A stretch of 63,735 nt of DNA, counting the filler, from Chiloscyllium plagiosum (Eukaryota): assembly GCF_004010195.1 (NCBI RefSeq). It is 3 parts of one record of this genome, joined end to end, with 100 filler letters (N's around TTAATTAATTAA, not from the genome) between each part and the next. Parts side by side here need not be neighbours in the genome. Positions count along the whole stretch, not along the records: positions 1 to 24,881 come from NC_057715.1; 2 more parts are not named here. One strand, given 5' to 3'. Below are positions 1 through 11,632 of this stretch, one piece after another. The translations under genes and the position numbers were made by a program. The stretch's first letter is position 1, and every line of letters starts with the position of its first letter. The notes under the pieces were generated by a model that saw nothing but the letters and a program-made list of their open reading frames with translations, made no database searches and was not told the DNA's origin.

Positions 1-92
1 ACACACTCACACACAATCGCACATACACTCACCAACATACACCCACTCACACCCACTCACATACCCACAATAACACAAACACACACACACAC
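1..92. repeat. CA-rich simple repeat
   Basis: Degenerate (CA)n directly visible. Confidence 0.9.
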
Positions 93-296
93 GACTTGAC
101 TGAAGTGCTACATCTTTGGAACCATTCTAGTAAATCTCCTGAGTACTCTCTCATCCACCTAACGAGTGTTTTATACAGAGATAAATTACACACACACACA
201 CGACTTGACTGAAGTGCTACATCTTTGGAACCATTCTAGTAAATCTCCTGAGTACTCTCTCATCCATCTAACGAGTGTTTTATACAGAGATAAATT
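79..296. repeat. 109-bp direct tandem duplication (79-187 and 188-296)
   Basis: Two near-identical copies with one C/T difference (catccacct vs catccatct). Confidence 0.9.
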
Positions 297-1051
297 GATT
301 CTCTTACTTTAGAATCCAATGTCACTGCGTCCCCCAGGGAATTTCCTGTACTATGGCCTTTAGCCTTTCCGAAGTTCCCATTTCAGACACCTCTCCATGT
401 TGAATACTTTTACAACGACCCAATTAATTCTTCTTTTTTCAGAAATGGACCGGATAGGATACAGACGACGTTTGACGTGAGATCAGTTCCATGCACTGTG
501 ACTGAACTGCTGCAGCACAAACTGTGTCCCTGTCATTAACTGAAGATGACTTGTACAGTGCAGTGAACTGAAACACACGTTCTTATCCTCAGGGATCTGA
601 GTTCCATTCAAGCACAGACTTGGAGGAAATGTCATCCCTCTGTGATGGGAACAAGATGTGATGTGAATCAAATGAAGGCTATGCTGAGCCACAATTCGCC
701 TCAATATAAAGGTTGGGTATGGACAGGGTCTTGCAGTTTGCAATATGTGGTGCTGCCCATTGACAATTTTTGTGAGGTTTCTCTTCCACTCTTAACTATG
801 AGGGCAAAAACAGAAATTTGCAAATTGTGAGCAGAGAAATGCACTGCCATTGCACTAAGGATTTTTAAATTCTAGTTCATTTAACAAGACCTGCATTTAT
901 TGCCAATCTCTACTTTCCCAGGGACCAGTTGAAAGTCGAGAATATTGCTATGGGTCTGGAGTCACATGTAGATCCAGACCATGTAAGGACTGCAGTTTCC
1001 TTCCCTAAAAAACGATTAGCGAGCTAGGTGGGTTTTCCAAACAATGGTCAT

Positions 1052-1386
1052 CAGTACGGTGGTTAGCACTACTGTCTCACAGCACAAGGGACTCGGGTTC
1101 AATCCCACCCTTGGGTGACTGACTGTGTGGAGTTTGCACATTCTCCCCGTGTCTGTGTGGGTTTCCTCTGGGTGTTCCAGTTTCCTCCCATAGTCCAAAG
1201 ATGAGCAGGTTAGGTGAATTGGCCATGCTAAATTGTCCATAATGTTCATGGGTGTGTAAGCTAGTTGCTTTCATCAGGGGAAATGTAGAGTAATAGGGTC
1301 GGGGAATGAGTCTGGGTGGGGTACTCTTCAGAGGGTCAGCGTGGACTTGTTGGGACAAATGGCCTGTTTCCACACTATAGGAATTC
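1052..1386 (+). mobile_element. HE1-like V-SINE
   Basis: tRNA-like head (ggttagcact...gggttcaatccc), V-domain (gtgtggagtttgcacattctccccgtgtctg...), CR1-like tail. Confidence 0.9.
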
Positions 1387-1469
1387 AAAGATTTCTAGAT
1401 TTAGCACTGATTCCACCATCATAGGATTTGAACTCAGGTCCCCAGACATTACGAAGGTCTCTGGATAAT

Positions 1470-1755
1470 AGAATCCTTACAGTGTGGAAGCAGGTCATTT
1501 GGTCCATTGAGTCTACACCAACCCTCCAGAGATGATCCTACCCAAACCTACCACATTCCTATAACTCTGCATGTGCCATGGTCAATCCACCCAACCCGCA
1601 CATCTTTGGACTGTGGGAGGAAATCAGCGGAAGCCCACACAGACACAGGGAGAACATACCAACTCCACACAGATAGATGTCCAAGGCTGGAGTCGAGCTT
1701 GCATCCTTGGTGCTGTTACGCAGCAGTGCTAACCACTGGGCCACCGTACCACCCC
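1470..1755 (-). mobile_element. HE1-like V-SINE
   Basis: Reverse complement of the HE1 consensus. Confidence 0.88.
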
Positions 1756-2044
1756 AAATTGCCGAGTGATAATACCATTAGGCTATTGGCTCCCCATTGC
1801 ACTAAGTCAGGAGGCTCTCTTACTACCAACATTAAACACTGGACTTAAGGCCACTATATTTGGAAAAACACAATCGTAAAATTATGGAATTGTCAGAAAG
1901 ATGGCATTCAGCCCATCATTTCCATACTGGCTTTCCACAAAAGCAACTCGCCCAGGATTTATTTTGCCCACTGAGTCCCACTGAGGAAGCCTGATGGCAT
2001 CCAGTGCCCTGCAGGAAATTTGCTGTGTAAGTTTTACATGAGAG

Positions 2045-2200
2045 CTGGGCATCACTGGCTCGGGTCAGCATTTATTGCCTACCTCAAAGAGTAAAGAGCC
2101 AATCACAATGGTATGGATCTGGATTCACATGGAGACCAGGCTGAGTAAGGATAGCAGTTTCCTTCATAAAAAGGCATCAGTGAACCAGATTTTTTTTTTA
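2045..2200 (-). mobile_element. Fragment of the second tRNA-SINE family (3' part)
   Basis: cagcatttattgcc...gtaaggatagcagtttccttc...gtgaaccagat. Confidence 0.6.
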
Positions 2201-2419
2201 AAAAAGAACAGCAATTAATAAAACTGACTTAACTACACTAGCTTCTAATTTCATAACCAGTACCAGACTGAATCTCTATGTAAACATGGTGTGACCAATT
2301 CCCGTTTCAACGTGAGTCAGACCATTTGCCTTATTCATCAAAACTAGAAACTTCAGGAAACTGGCTTGTATGAATTTGTAATCTTCTCATCTTTCATTTC
2401 TTAAAGCAATGTTTTCATC

Positions 2420-2727
2420 AGATCCCTATAGTGTGGAAACAGGCCATTGGGCCCAACAAATCAACACTGACCCTCCGAAGAGTAAACCACTCGGACCCAT
2501 TACCGTACCCTATTACTATACATTTCCCCCTAACTAATGCACCTAACCTGCACATCCCTAAACACTATGGACAATTTAGCTTGGCCAATTCACCTAAACT
2601 GCACTGTGGGAGGAAACCCACACAGACACGGAGAGAATGTGCAACCTCCAAACAGACAAGTGCCCAAGGCTGGAATCAACCTGGGTCCCTAGTATTGTGA
2701 GGCAGCAGAGCTAACCACTGAGCCATT
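2420..2727 (-). mobile_element. HE1-like V-SINE
   Basis: Reverse complement of the HE1 consensus. Confidence 0.88.
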
Positions 2728-3065
2728 GTTTTCTTTACATAAACTATGCTTTGTATAACTTTATAACCACACTTATGTAGGGATTATATATCTGATTTGA
2801 ACTGCTTCAGATTTCAGATGTTTTTACTATACTCTGATTTTACCAGCTGTTTTGTTGGAGATTTGAGTCTGTGTGCCCAGTCCATTAGACTGGTGTTCTT
2901 GGATTATGAGTCCAGTTGCATTATCACTTGCCCAAGTGGTGGCCACCCTATGGTTGAAGTACCCAGTGGGAGAGAACTCACCTACCCAGAGCTTGTGGCC
3001 AAGACAGAGGTTGGCTGCCTCGCCATTGATGGCAGTGTCACTGGGAGCTGAGGCACCAGCATCCT

Positions 3066-3397
3066 GGGGTGGCAAGGTGGCTCAGTAGTTTGCACTGCTG
3101 CCTCACAGTGCCAGAGACCTGGGTTCGATTCCTGCCTTGAACGACTGTCTGTGTGGCATTTACACATTCTCCCCGTGTCTGTGTGGGTTTCCTCCAGGTG
3201 CTTCAATTTACTCCCACAATCCAAAGATGTGCAGGTTAGATGGATTGGCCAGGCTAAATTGCCCATAGTGTTAAGTGCATTAGTCAGGGTAAATATAAGG
3301 TAGGGGATGGGACTGGGTGGGTTACTCTTCAGAGGGTCGATGTGGACTTGTTGTGCCCAAGGGCCTGTTTGCACAATGTAGGGATTCTAATCTAACC
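3066..3397 (+). mobile_element. HE1-like V-SINE, full length
   Basis: A/B boxes (tggctcagtag; ggttcgattcc), V-domain, tail ending ctaatctaa. Confidence 0.92.
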
Positions 3398-3666
3398 TAC
3401 CCACCTTCGGCCCCAGTTTTATTGGGTGACAGCAGGCCAAAGGTCAGGCAGGCTAGGCCGGGGGTCACTGTGAAGGGCCTCAGAGAGGAAGGGCAATGGT
3501 TTTCAGTGGGTAACACCTATCATGCCTGCCTGAGGCCTGTTGCGCCTTGATCAGGCACAGAGTGTTTGACAGCGATGAAGGTCAATCTCCTTCCCTCAAT
3601 GGGAGGACCATTAGCAAACCCATCACAGTTTACTGGCCAGCCTGCTGGATGAGGTCTCTCTTTGAT

Positions 3667-3767
3667 GTTCCTGATGACGGGCTTATGCCCAAAATGTCGA
3701 ATCCCCTGCTCCTCGGATGCTGCCTACTCTCCTGCACTTTTCCAGCATCTGCAGTCCTCACTTTCTC
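3667..3767 (+). mobile_element. Penelope pLTR-derived short element, family A, degenerate hammerhead
   Basis: ctgatgacgggcttatgcccaaaatgtcg...tccagcatctgcagtcctcactttctc. Confidence 0.75.
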
Positions 3768-3844
3768 TTATTTGATAGCTCAGGTGGAGCTGGACTGTGG
3801 TGGGTGCAGGGATGATGCGTGTGAATTGGCTTCTTAATGAGCCT

Positions 3845-4050
3845 GGCTGACACGGCATGCAAAGATTAGATGGATTGGCCATGCTAAATTGTCATTGTGT
3901 CTAGGGATGTGCAGGCGAAGTGGGTTAGCCATAGGGAATGTAGGTATATAGGGATAGGGTGAGGGTATGGGTGAGATGCTCTTCAAAGCTTCAGTGCAGA
4001 CTCGATGGGCTGAATAGCCTATATCCACACTGTTGGGATTCTATGATTCA
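3845..4050 (+). mobile_element. HE1-like SINE, 3' half
   Basis: ggattggccatgctaaattg...gggctgaatagcc. Confidence 0.75.
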
Positions 4051-4182
4051 ACGATTGCACTGTTGATGTCCCCAGTGGCCTAATGGATATGGTACTGGCC
4101 TCCTTAAACCAGGGATTGTGGGTTCATGCCTCAGCTAGGGTATAATGAGCTTGATTCTGCAACACTCTCTGTATTTAAGGTT

Positions 4183-4293
4183 CTTGTGGCACATTGGTAG
4201 TATCCTTATCTCCAAACCAGGAGACACCGTTTTAAGTCTCACCTGGCTTAGAGATTTGGCAAAACATATCTGAACGCATTGATTTAAAATATC
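4183..4293 (+). mobile_element. Short (about 110 bp) tRNA-derived SINE; similar copies near 34455-34567, 37312-37418 and 39035-39140
   Basis: Shared ggcaca.tggt...ggtt.aa.tcccacctg...tctgaacaggttga pattern across the four loci. Confidence 0.5.
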
Positions 4294-4299
4294 ATTCCT

Positions 4300-5075
4300 C
4301 AGATCCCTCTCTCAAGCAGTTAAATAATTCCCTGTTAAACAGTCTTGAATTTGCTCAATGATCCAGTCTTGACCGGTTTCTGTGATAAAGAATTTCACAG
4401 ATTCACTCTTCTGTGAAAGAAGAAATTGCTCCTGATCTCTGTTGTAAATTTTTATTGTGAGATTATGCCATCTAGTCCTCAGCTCAAACAGGTGGCACAG
4501 TGGCTCAGCGCTAGGCATTGCGGCCATACAGCACCAGGGACTTGGGTTTGACTGGGTCTGTGCAGAGTTTGTACATTCTCCCCATGATTCATGGGTTTCG
4601 ACTGGGTACTCTGGTTTCCTTCCACAGTCCAAAGGTGTGCAGGTTAGGTGGATTGGCTGTGCTAAATTGTCTTGAAGTGTCCAGAGATGCGCAGGATAGG
4701 TGGATTAGCCATGGGAAATGGAGGGTTACAGGGATAGGGTAAGGGTCTGAGTGTGATGCTCTTTGGAGGGTCAGTGCTGACTAAATGGGCTGAATGGCCT
4801 TGCTTTGCATTGTAGGCAATCGAGTCCTAGACTTTCCCACAAGGGGTAACGTCTCTACATCCACAATGTCAACTCTTCAAAGAATCTTGTACATTTCAAC
4901 AAGATCACCTCTCACTCTTAACTCAGTACAGGCCCAACTTACTCCATTTCTTATTCATAAGATACTCCCTTCATACCTGGTAACAACTGAGCGACCCATC
5001 TATGGCCTGCCTTCAATGACAGATTATCTTTCCTTGGTCAAGGGGCCCAAAACTGTTCATAGTATTCTAGCTTAG
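4300..5075 (-). mobile_element. Old CR1 3' fragment interrupted by an HE1 SINE (about 4490-4820, plus strand)
   Basis: Antisense CR1 motifs (gaatttcacagattcac, tcaacaagatcacctctca) flank the SINE. Confidence 0.7.
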
Positions 5076-6499
5076 AGGCAATCTATTTAGAGGCAATCTT
5101 GTTGCCATTTCTTCACATTTTTATTATACCTTTGGTCAACAGCACATTTTACTAAAGGATATTTTTGCGAAGGGTTGTTAATTAACCCAGTGCCAAACAG
5201 ATGCCTTCAGCTGAACAACATGCTGGTTAGATCACACCTAGAGGAATTTCAGCCACCAACACCTTAGAAAAGATGAATTGGTGAGGAGGGAGTGCGGCAG
5301 AGATTTACAAGACCAATATTCACACTTTGTAAATAATAGTCTTGAATCCCCTGGAAATTGGAAAATTCAGAAGTGAATCAACCAAAGTTATCAAGATATT
5401 AAGGCAAACAGATAAGATAGATCTGTGAAAAAGTATTTTCACTAATTATGAGTTTTGAGGGGACATAGTCAAAATATTAGAGCTAGGCTTTTCATGAGAC
5501 CAGTAGGGAACATTTTCTTCACATAGGGTAGTAAGATGTTCTCTTCTAAATGAACAGTTAATACATTATTTAATTTACATTTGAGATGAAAATACCTTTT
5601 GGCCAAATGTGTTAAGAGATTTGGGTAAAGGTTTCTGTGTGAAGTTAGGTCATAGATCGTCAATGATCTCAAAGATTGGTGGATCAGGGTCCCGTTCCTA
5701 TGTTTCATGTCTTCCTGCATCTATTTCACATTCACGTGAAGGTGTGAGGTTAGCAGCAGCCTTCTTGTTCATCTGAGTTAATGTCAAAGTTCCAACACCG
5801 GCCCTAGCTGTAAGGTTGAGTCAGCCTCCAACAGCACTTGAAGGTCCAATAACACCTTGAAGTACAAGGAGGAATCTGAGGTCATGGCTTCTCTGCATCA
5901 TTATGGCCCTATGACCTCCAACTCAACCATCCAACAGGCTGCCCTGACATTACTGCATGGCAGCATTGGTTCAAAGGGCAGAATGACCTTAACCCATTTA
6001 TGGTTTTTATTCTTAATGATCCCATGCAAATTTACACCATCAAGTGGAGGATAACAGCACTTGAACTTCAACCCCGTGTATCAGTGATAAATTGCTTTCT
6101 TTAGCATTGAGTGCTGCGCATTAGAAGCACAGAGAAACATGCAAGTAGGAATTAAGCTATGATCCACATAGACATAAAGAACCAACATAAATCATCCAAC
6201 ATCAACTCCTTGATGCACCAAGACTCTGATAATCAGGATTGTGACATAGTTCTTTGATACTTCAGCCTGAAGGTGGTTACAACGCCCTATTATAGATGAC
6301 AATTAAAGTTATGGACTCATCAAAGCAAATCAAAGCTCAAACCTAGCATGAGTTGGCTCTGCGATCTAAAATCAAAGCTGTTCATGTCCATTTGGATATT
6401 CTCTTCTACAGCCAAATGCTTTCTGTCGCTTCCTGGCAAACACCAAACTCCACAATGTGATGTAGCACAGCGGTGACACCAGTGACATACAACATTCAG

Positions 6500-6750
6500 G
6501 ACTCAACAGCTGAAAGTAGGGACAACACCAGAGGAGATAACCACTCAATATCCTGACTTGGAAACATATCACCGTCCCTTCAGTGTCGCTACCTCGAAAT
6601 CCTAGAATTCATCCATTTTACAGCATTGTTACCTATAGCACTGGGATTACAGTGGTTCAAGAAGGCAGCTGAACACCACCTTCTCAGGGGCAACTAGAGT
6701 TGGGCCATAACTGCTGGCCCCGCCACGACTCTCAGGTCCTACAAGTAGAT
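6500..6750 (+). mobile_element. 3' end of a non-LTR retrotransposon (CR1/L2-group family with the gggcaactag...gctggcc tail)
   Basis: cctgacttggaaacatatcaccgtcc...gcagtggttcaagaaggcagct...caccaccttctcaggggcaactag; same family as 40215-41220. Confidence 0.7.
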
Positions 6751-6985
6751 AAGTGAAAGGAAGCTTTGTTTCAGCTCTGTTCTTGTGGAATATGAAGGAA
6801 GGTGCTATGGAAGGAACATTGCTGGGAGTGAACACATGTGATGCTGTGACCTCTTTCATCCAACTAGTCATAAACATATCTGAGGCAATGAAGTCACAGC
6901 CAGCATTAATCTGAGAAGAACCAGGCTAAGGAGGACCTTTGTGTTCTCATCACCATTGGCCACTTCTAAGATCTTTTCTTTAACA

Positions 6986-7735
6986 ATGCATTTCGGGAAA
7001 GCAAATCGTAGCAGGACTTATACACTTAATGGTAAGGTCCTAGGGAGTGTTGCTAAACAAAGAGACCTTGGAGTGCAGCTTCATAGCTCCTTGAAAGTAG
7101 AGTTATTCCTTTATTGGTCAGAGTATTGAGTACAGGAGTTGGGAGATCATGTTGCAGCTGTACAGGACATTGGTTAGGCCGCTGTTGGAATATTGCATGC
7201 AATTCTGGTCTCCTTCCTATCGGAAAGATGTCGTGAAACTTGTAAGGGCTCAGAAAAAATTTACAAGGATGTTGCCAGGGTTGGAGGATTTGAGCTATAG
7301 GGAGAGGCTGAACAGGCTGGGGCTGTTTTCCCTGGAGCGTCAGAGGCTGAAGGGTGATATAGAGGTTTATAAAATTATGAGGGACATGGATAGGATAAAT
7401 GGATAAAGTCTTTTTCTTGAGGTCGGGGAATCCAGAACTAGAGGGCATAGGTTTAGGGTGAGAGGGGAAAGATATAAAAGAGACCTAAGGGGCAACTTTT
7501 TCATGCAGAGGAGGGTGTATGACATGAGCTGCCAGAGAATGTGGTGGAAGCTGGTACAATTGCAACATCTAAAAGGCATTTGGATGGGTATATGAATAGG
7601 AAGGGTTTGGAGGGATATGGGCCAGGTGCTGGCAGGTGGGACTAGATTGGGTTGGGATATCTGGTCAGCATGGACAGGTTGGACCGAAGGGTCTGTTTCC
7701 ACGCTGTACATCTCTATGACTCTATGACTCTATAA
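6986..7735 (+). mobile_element. CR1 LINE (HER1-like), 3' ORF2 end and UTR
   Basis: ORF MLQLYRTLVRPLLEYCMQFWSP and (ctctatga)n tail. Confidence 0.95.
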
Positions 7736-8026
7736 TTTGGATGTACAATTCTGTAAATACACACTGGGATACATTAGAATTTCGCCAAGTATCATGTGCC
7801 TGCTAATGCCTCAGTATCATGGGAAAAATGTAGACTTTGAGGCTTTCCTGTTTCTAGTGATGCATGAAGCAATCAAAAGGACTCTGCTTCCATGGTTAAT
7901 TTATTCTGGAACAGGGCTCCAGCCTTGCTGTCAGACGATGTAGCTTGCAGAGTATCACTGTGCATCAAGGACTCCTGACCTGGAGACTCTCCCATTCTTA
8001 CCACCTGTCACTGGTGTACTGAAGAG

Positions 8027-8125
8027 ATTCCTGATGAAGGGCTTATGCCCGAAACATCGACTCTCTTGCTCCTCAGATGCTGCCTGGCCCGCTGTGCTTT
8101 TTCCAGCACCATACATTTCTACCCT
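8027..8125 (+). mobile_element. Penelope pLTR family A with hammerhead core (GAAAC-ATC variant)
   Basis: attcCTGATGAagggcttatgcccGAAACatcgac, with CTGATGA at 8031. Confidence 0.8.
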
Positions 8126-9254
8126 GAAGAGACTTGAAGGTTGGTAATCAACTTGCTTGGCCATGCAACAAAGGAGCCTTCTATGGCTTCAAGTCCTGCA
8201 GCTTGAACCTGGAGCTTTTGGTTAGGAGACATGGTCTCATTCTCTCTCTCTCTCACACACACACATGGTCAAAACATTAGAGTGCTTATGGTGTTCTTGG
8301 AAATATGGCAGCTAGCTTTTTATGGAATTGTCAGCGTACAGAAAGATCAGAAGGTTTCTTATTCTCTTGTCATGAAGTTGCACCCTTTAAATCTTGCCAT
8401 GGGCTTACTTTGAGATGAGCAGATTACAGCCAACCCCGTCCTTTCACACCATGTTGCGTACTCAGAACTCAGCTTCACTTCAAGCCACAGTTGAATAAAC
8501 TCCAATTGGCTTGCCTCAGTATCTAAGGATATCCTTTTCCAGCTTAAGTAAGAGAATTTAGATTTTTTTTTTAAAAAGTGCGATGTGTTTGGTGGGAACA
8601 TAGTAGTTATTTTGTACTGGCACACTAAAGCATGTAAGATATTTCAGAGTGTACATATGTTTTGAGAATAGATCTGGGCAAGGAAAATGTGAATTGGCAA
8701 ATGGTATGAACAATTTCTTTGCTTGAGATCAATGGGTGAGGATAGGGGAAGAAGGGCCAAATAAAGTTCTGATTTGCTACCATTAGTTTGGCTGCACAAA
8801 TCAAGGTCAACCATTAGCATTCCTTCTGCCCTTTTCTTCCTGGAGAAAATGTTACTCCCCACCCCCCACCATTCTCCAATTTGAATATTGCTAAAAAGAT
8901 TGACAGCTCAAAGCTTTTCATTTTGCATTCATCAGGACAATTGCAAGAATGCCAAATTGCAAATGATCACAACAATTTATACAACAGGACTGGTTGGCTG
9001 CCAAACTCAGAACATGACTCAATTAGACTTCCTAGAAGCAACATGAATTCATTCACAAGAATGCAATTTCTGCATACAAAAGGGATATGGTCAAGCCTAG
9101 TGCCTTTTTTTAGGGATTACCCAGGAGTTTTTAGGATCCCATTGTTCCCTGGTTCCTTCTCCATGGCAACATGTCAGCTAAACGAAATTGAGTTACCAAC
9201 CAATTGAAATCCTTTTCTCCTGCAGTACAAACTGTCATAATCATTTGATAATTG

Positions 9255-9992
9255 GCATTCTCCATCAACAACAGCAAAATTAAGGATCTGGTCATCGACT
9301 TCAGGAAGCAGAGCAGAGAGCACGACCCTGTCTGCATCAATGGCACTGAGATGGAGGCAGTCGATAAAATCAAGTTCCTGGGAGTGATGATCACCAACAA
9401 TCTGTTCATCCATGTTGGCACTACAGTCAATAAAGCACAACAACGGCTTTACTTCTTAAAAAGGCTTAAGGAAATTTGGTGTGTCCATTAAGATTCTTCT
9501 CAATTTTTTTATAGATGCACCACAGAAAACATTCTATCTGGATGCATCACAGCGTGGTTTAGCAACTGCTGTTCCCAAGACCAAAAGAAACAACAGTGAG
9601 CTGTGAACACACCCCAATTCATCACACAAACCAGCCTTCCATCTATTGACCCCATCTATGCTCCCCATTGCCTCAGGAAAGCAATCAACATAATTAGACA
9701 TCCGTTTTACTCTCTTCCATTGAGCAGAAGATATCTAAGTTCGACTACACATATGAACAGATTCATGAACAGTTTGTATCCCGCTGTTATCAGACTTTTG
9801 AACTGACTTCACAAATGTTAATGTTGTTTTCTCTCTCTCTGTACCTTCCCTGCGGCTGTAACACTGTATTCTGCACTCTGTTCCACTACTCTGAAGCACC
9901 TTGTATGGTACAATCTGCCTGTAGAGCACACAAAACAATACTTTCGCTACATCTCAGTACATATGACAATTGCAAATCAAGTCAAATCAAAA
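9255..9992 (+). mobile_element. Rex1/Babar-type LINE 3' fragment
   Basis: Translation SKIKDLVIDFRK...KFLGVMITNNL...KAQQRLYFLKRL, typical of the Rex1-group RT C-terminus; (aaatc)n-like tail. Confidence 0.8.
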
Positions 9993-10074
9993 TTCTTTCA
10001 TTTTTTCCTGATGAATGCAAGATCCAAAATTCTGGCAACATACCTTCCCTTTCAGAAATCTGAAACAGTCAAAC

Positions 10075-10430
10075 AGAGAAAACAAAGGAACATAGGAATA
10101 GGCATCCAACCTGCCCTGCCATTCAATATGATTGGAGCTAATTGAACACATCAATTCAATTTTCGTCACCCGATCCTCGTAGCCCTATATGCCACTGACA
10201 ATCAGAAATTCAAAGATTGAGCAACATCACCCTCAGTGGCAGAGAATTTCAAAGGTTCACAATCCGCTGAGTTAAAAAAAAATTCTCTTCATCTTTGATC
10301 TGAGTGGCATCACCCAACTGTTTATATAAACTGTGAACCCCAGCCCTACCCAATCTGGTTTAGGCCTTCTCAACCAGGAGAAACATCTCACCTGCTGCAT
10401 CCAAACGCTTTAAGTGTTATGTCAGTGAAA
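10075..10430 (-). mobile_element. Old CR1 3' fragment
   Basis: Antisense CR1 tail (ggaacataggaatagg...ccattcaatatgat; ggcagagaatttcaaaggttcac). Confidence 0.65.
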
Positions 10431-10488
10431 CCAACACAAAACAGGACCATATCACAACAGTACATCACAACTGGGTAACTGATTTATT
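10431..10488 (-). terminator. Candidate intronic polyadenylation site (AATAAA plus GU-rich downstream element)
   Basis: Minus strand AATAAA at 10488-10483 is followed by tcagttacccagttgtgatgtactgttgtgatatggtcctgttttgtgttgg. Confidence 0.4.
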
Positions 10489-10944
10489 CACACTGACACA
10501 ATATTCTGAAGACAGAGCACAGGCACGATAGGAAATTGCAACACCCGTCTCCAGTACTGAGGGAGGGAAGGATACACTTAAAGGCACTAGCTCCATTGAC
10601 TGTCTCCCTAACTCAGTCTACACAGCTGCTAAAGTGGCTTCCCATGAGAAGATGAAACAACGGGACATTCCTCACAGCAGGCAACTGCTGAATGATGTTG
10701 GCTGGTGCCCAAGAATCTGTTTCCCGACACAGAATGAGTGCCAGCACCCAGTACATTCAGAGCCACAGGCTGAACAGCGGAACCATGTTGGACTGATTCA
10801 TCTTGGTAGGGGGAGACAAAAGGTTGTAGGAGATGTTGGTCTCCGAACAGTCAAACCATGGCACACTGTAATAAAAAGTTATCCAAAGTCCATACATTAT
10901 CAGCTCTACATTCACAAAGTATTGACACTGACCCAGTCACTCAC

Positions 10945-11094
10945 CTAAAACCCCGAGCCTGTAGTTGAGTGTGACAACAATGACATTTCCATAACTTGCC
11001 AGAATGCTTCCATCGATTAAGTTGCCTGTGCTTTCCATGTAGGAACCTCCATGAATGTATACCATAACTGGTTTGGGACCATTGTCATGGATAT
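10945..11094 (-). CDS. nlgn4: Neuroligin (NLGN4-like) constitutive coding exon, cholinesterase-like domain, 150 nt, phase 1-1
   Basis: Minus strand reads ttttatttccttacag|ATATCCATGAC...GGGGTTTTAG|gtgagt and translates to (D)[49 protein letters not shown](G), the characteristic neuroligin exon. Neuroligin identity is near certain; the NLGN4 paralog call rests on DIHD and the A2 exon and is less certain. Confidence 0.93.
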
Positions 11095-11149
11095 CTGTAA
11101 GGAAATAAAAAGGTTTGTCCTCAGATACATAGAGGCATTACATCACATG

Positions 11150-11632
11150 CATGGATACACAATATAAATGCACATGAGCACACAGACACATTTACACACT
11201 GACACACACAAAAATACACTGAGACATTCAAATGCACCCAGACCAAATCACTGAAATACAGGGGCACTCACACACAGGCTTACTCTTATATATATACACA
11301 CACACACACACACATATTTGCAAACTCATAAACATAAACTAAACACACTGGTTCACATACACATACTTTTGCACACAGAAATACATTCACACGCATACCA
11401 ACATCCACTTAGACACATTGGCATACTCTTAAACACACACAGACATACACTTACATACACACAGGAATATATACACTTACACAGATACTACCAGGCATAC
11501 ACTCATGCATACACACAGGGATATATACACTTACACACTACCAGGCATACATACATGCACACATACATACTCACACACGCACATACACTTACACATGCAC
11601 ACGCACACATAGAGACACACACTCACACACCT
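11150..11632. repeat. Degenerate CA/TA-rich simple repeat (UG-rich in the neuroligin pre-mRNA)
   Basis: Directly visible. Confidence 0.85.

Larger units (their letters stand above)
890..1795 (-). mobile_element. tRNA-derived SINE of a second family (with LINE-derived tail), split by two HE1 insertions
   Basis: Segments gcatttattgcc...gggtctggagtcacatgtag...cagtttccttccctaaa, ggatttgaactcaggtccccagacatt and gataataccattaggctattggctccc match the uninterrupted copy at 15853-16160. Confidence 0.7.
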
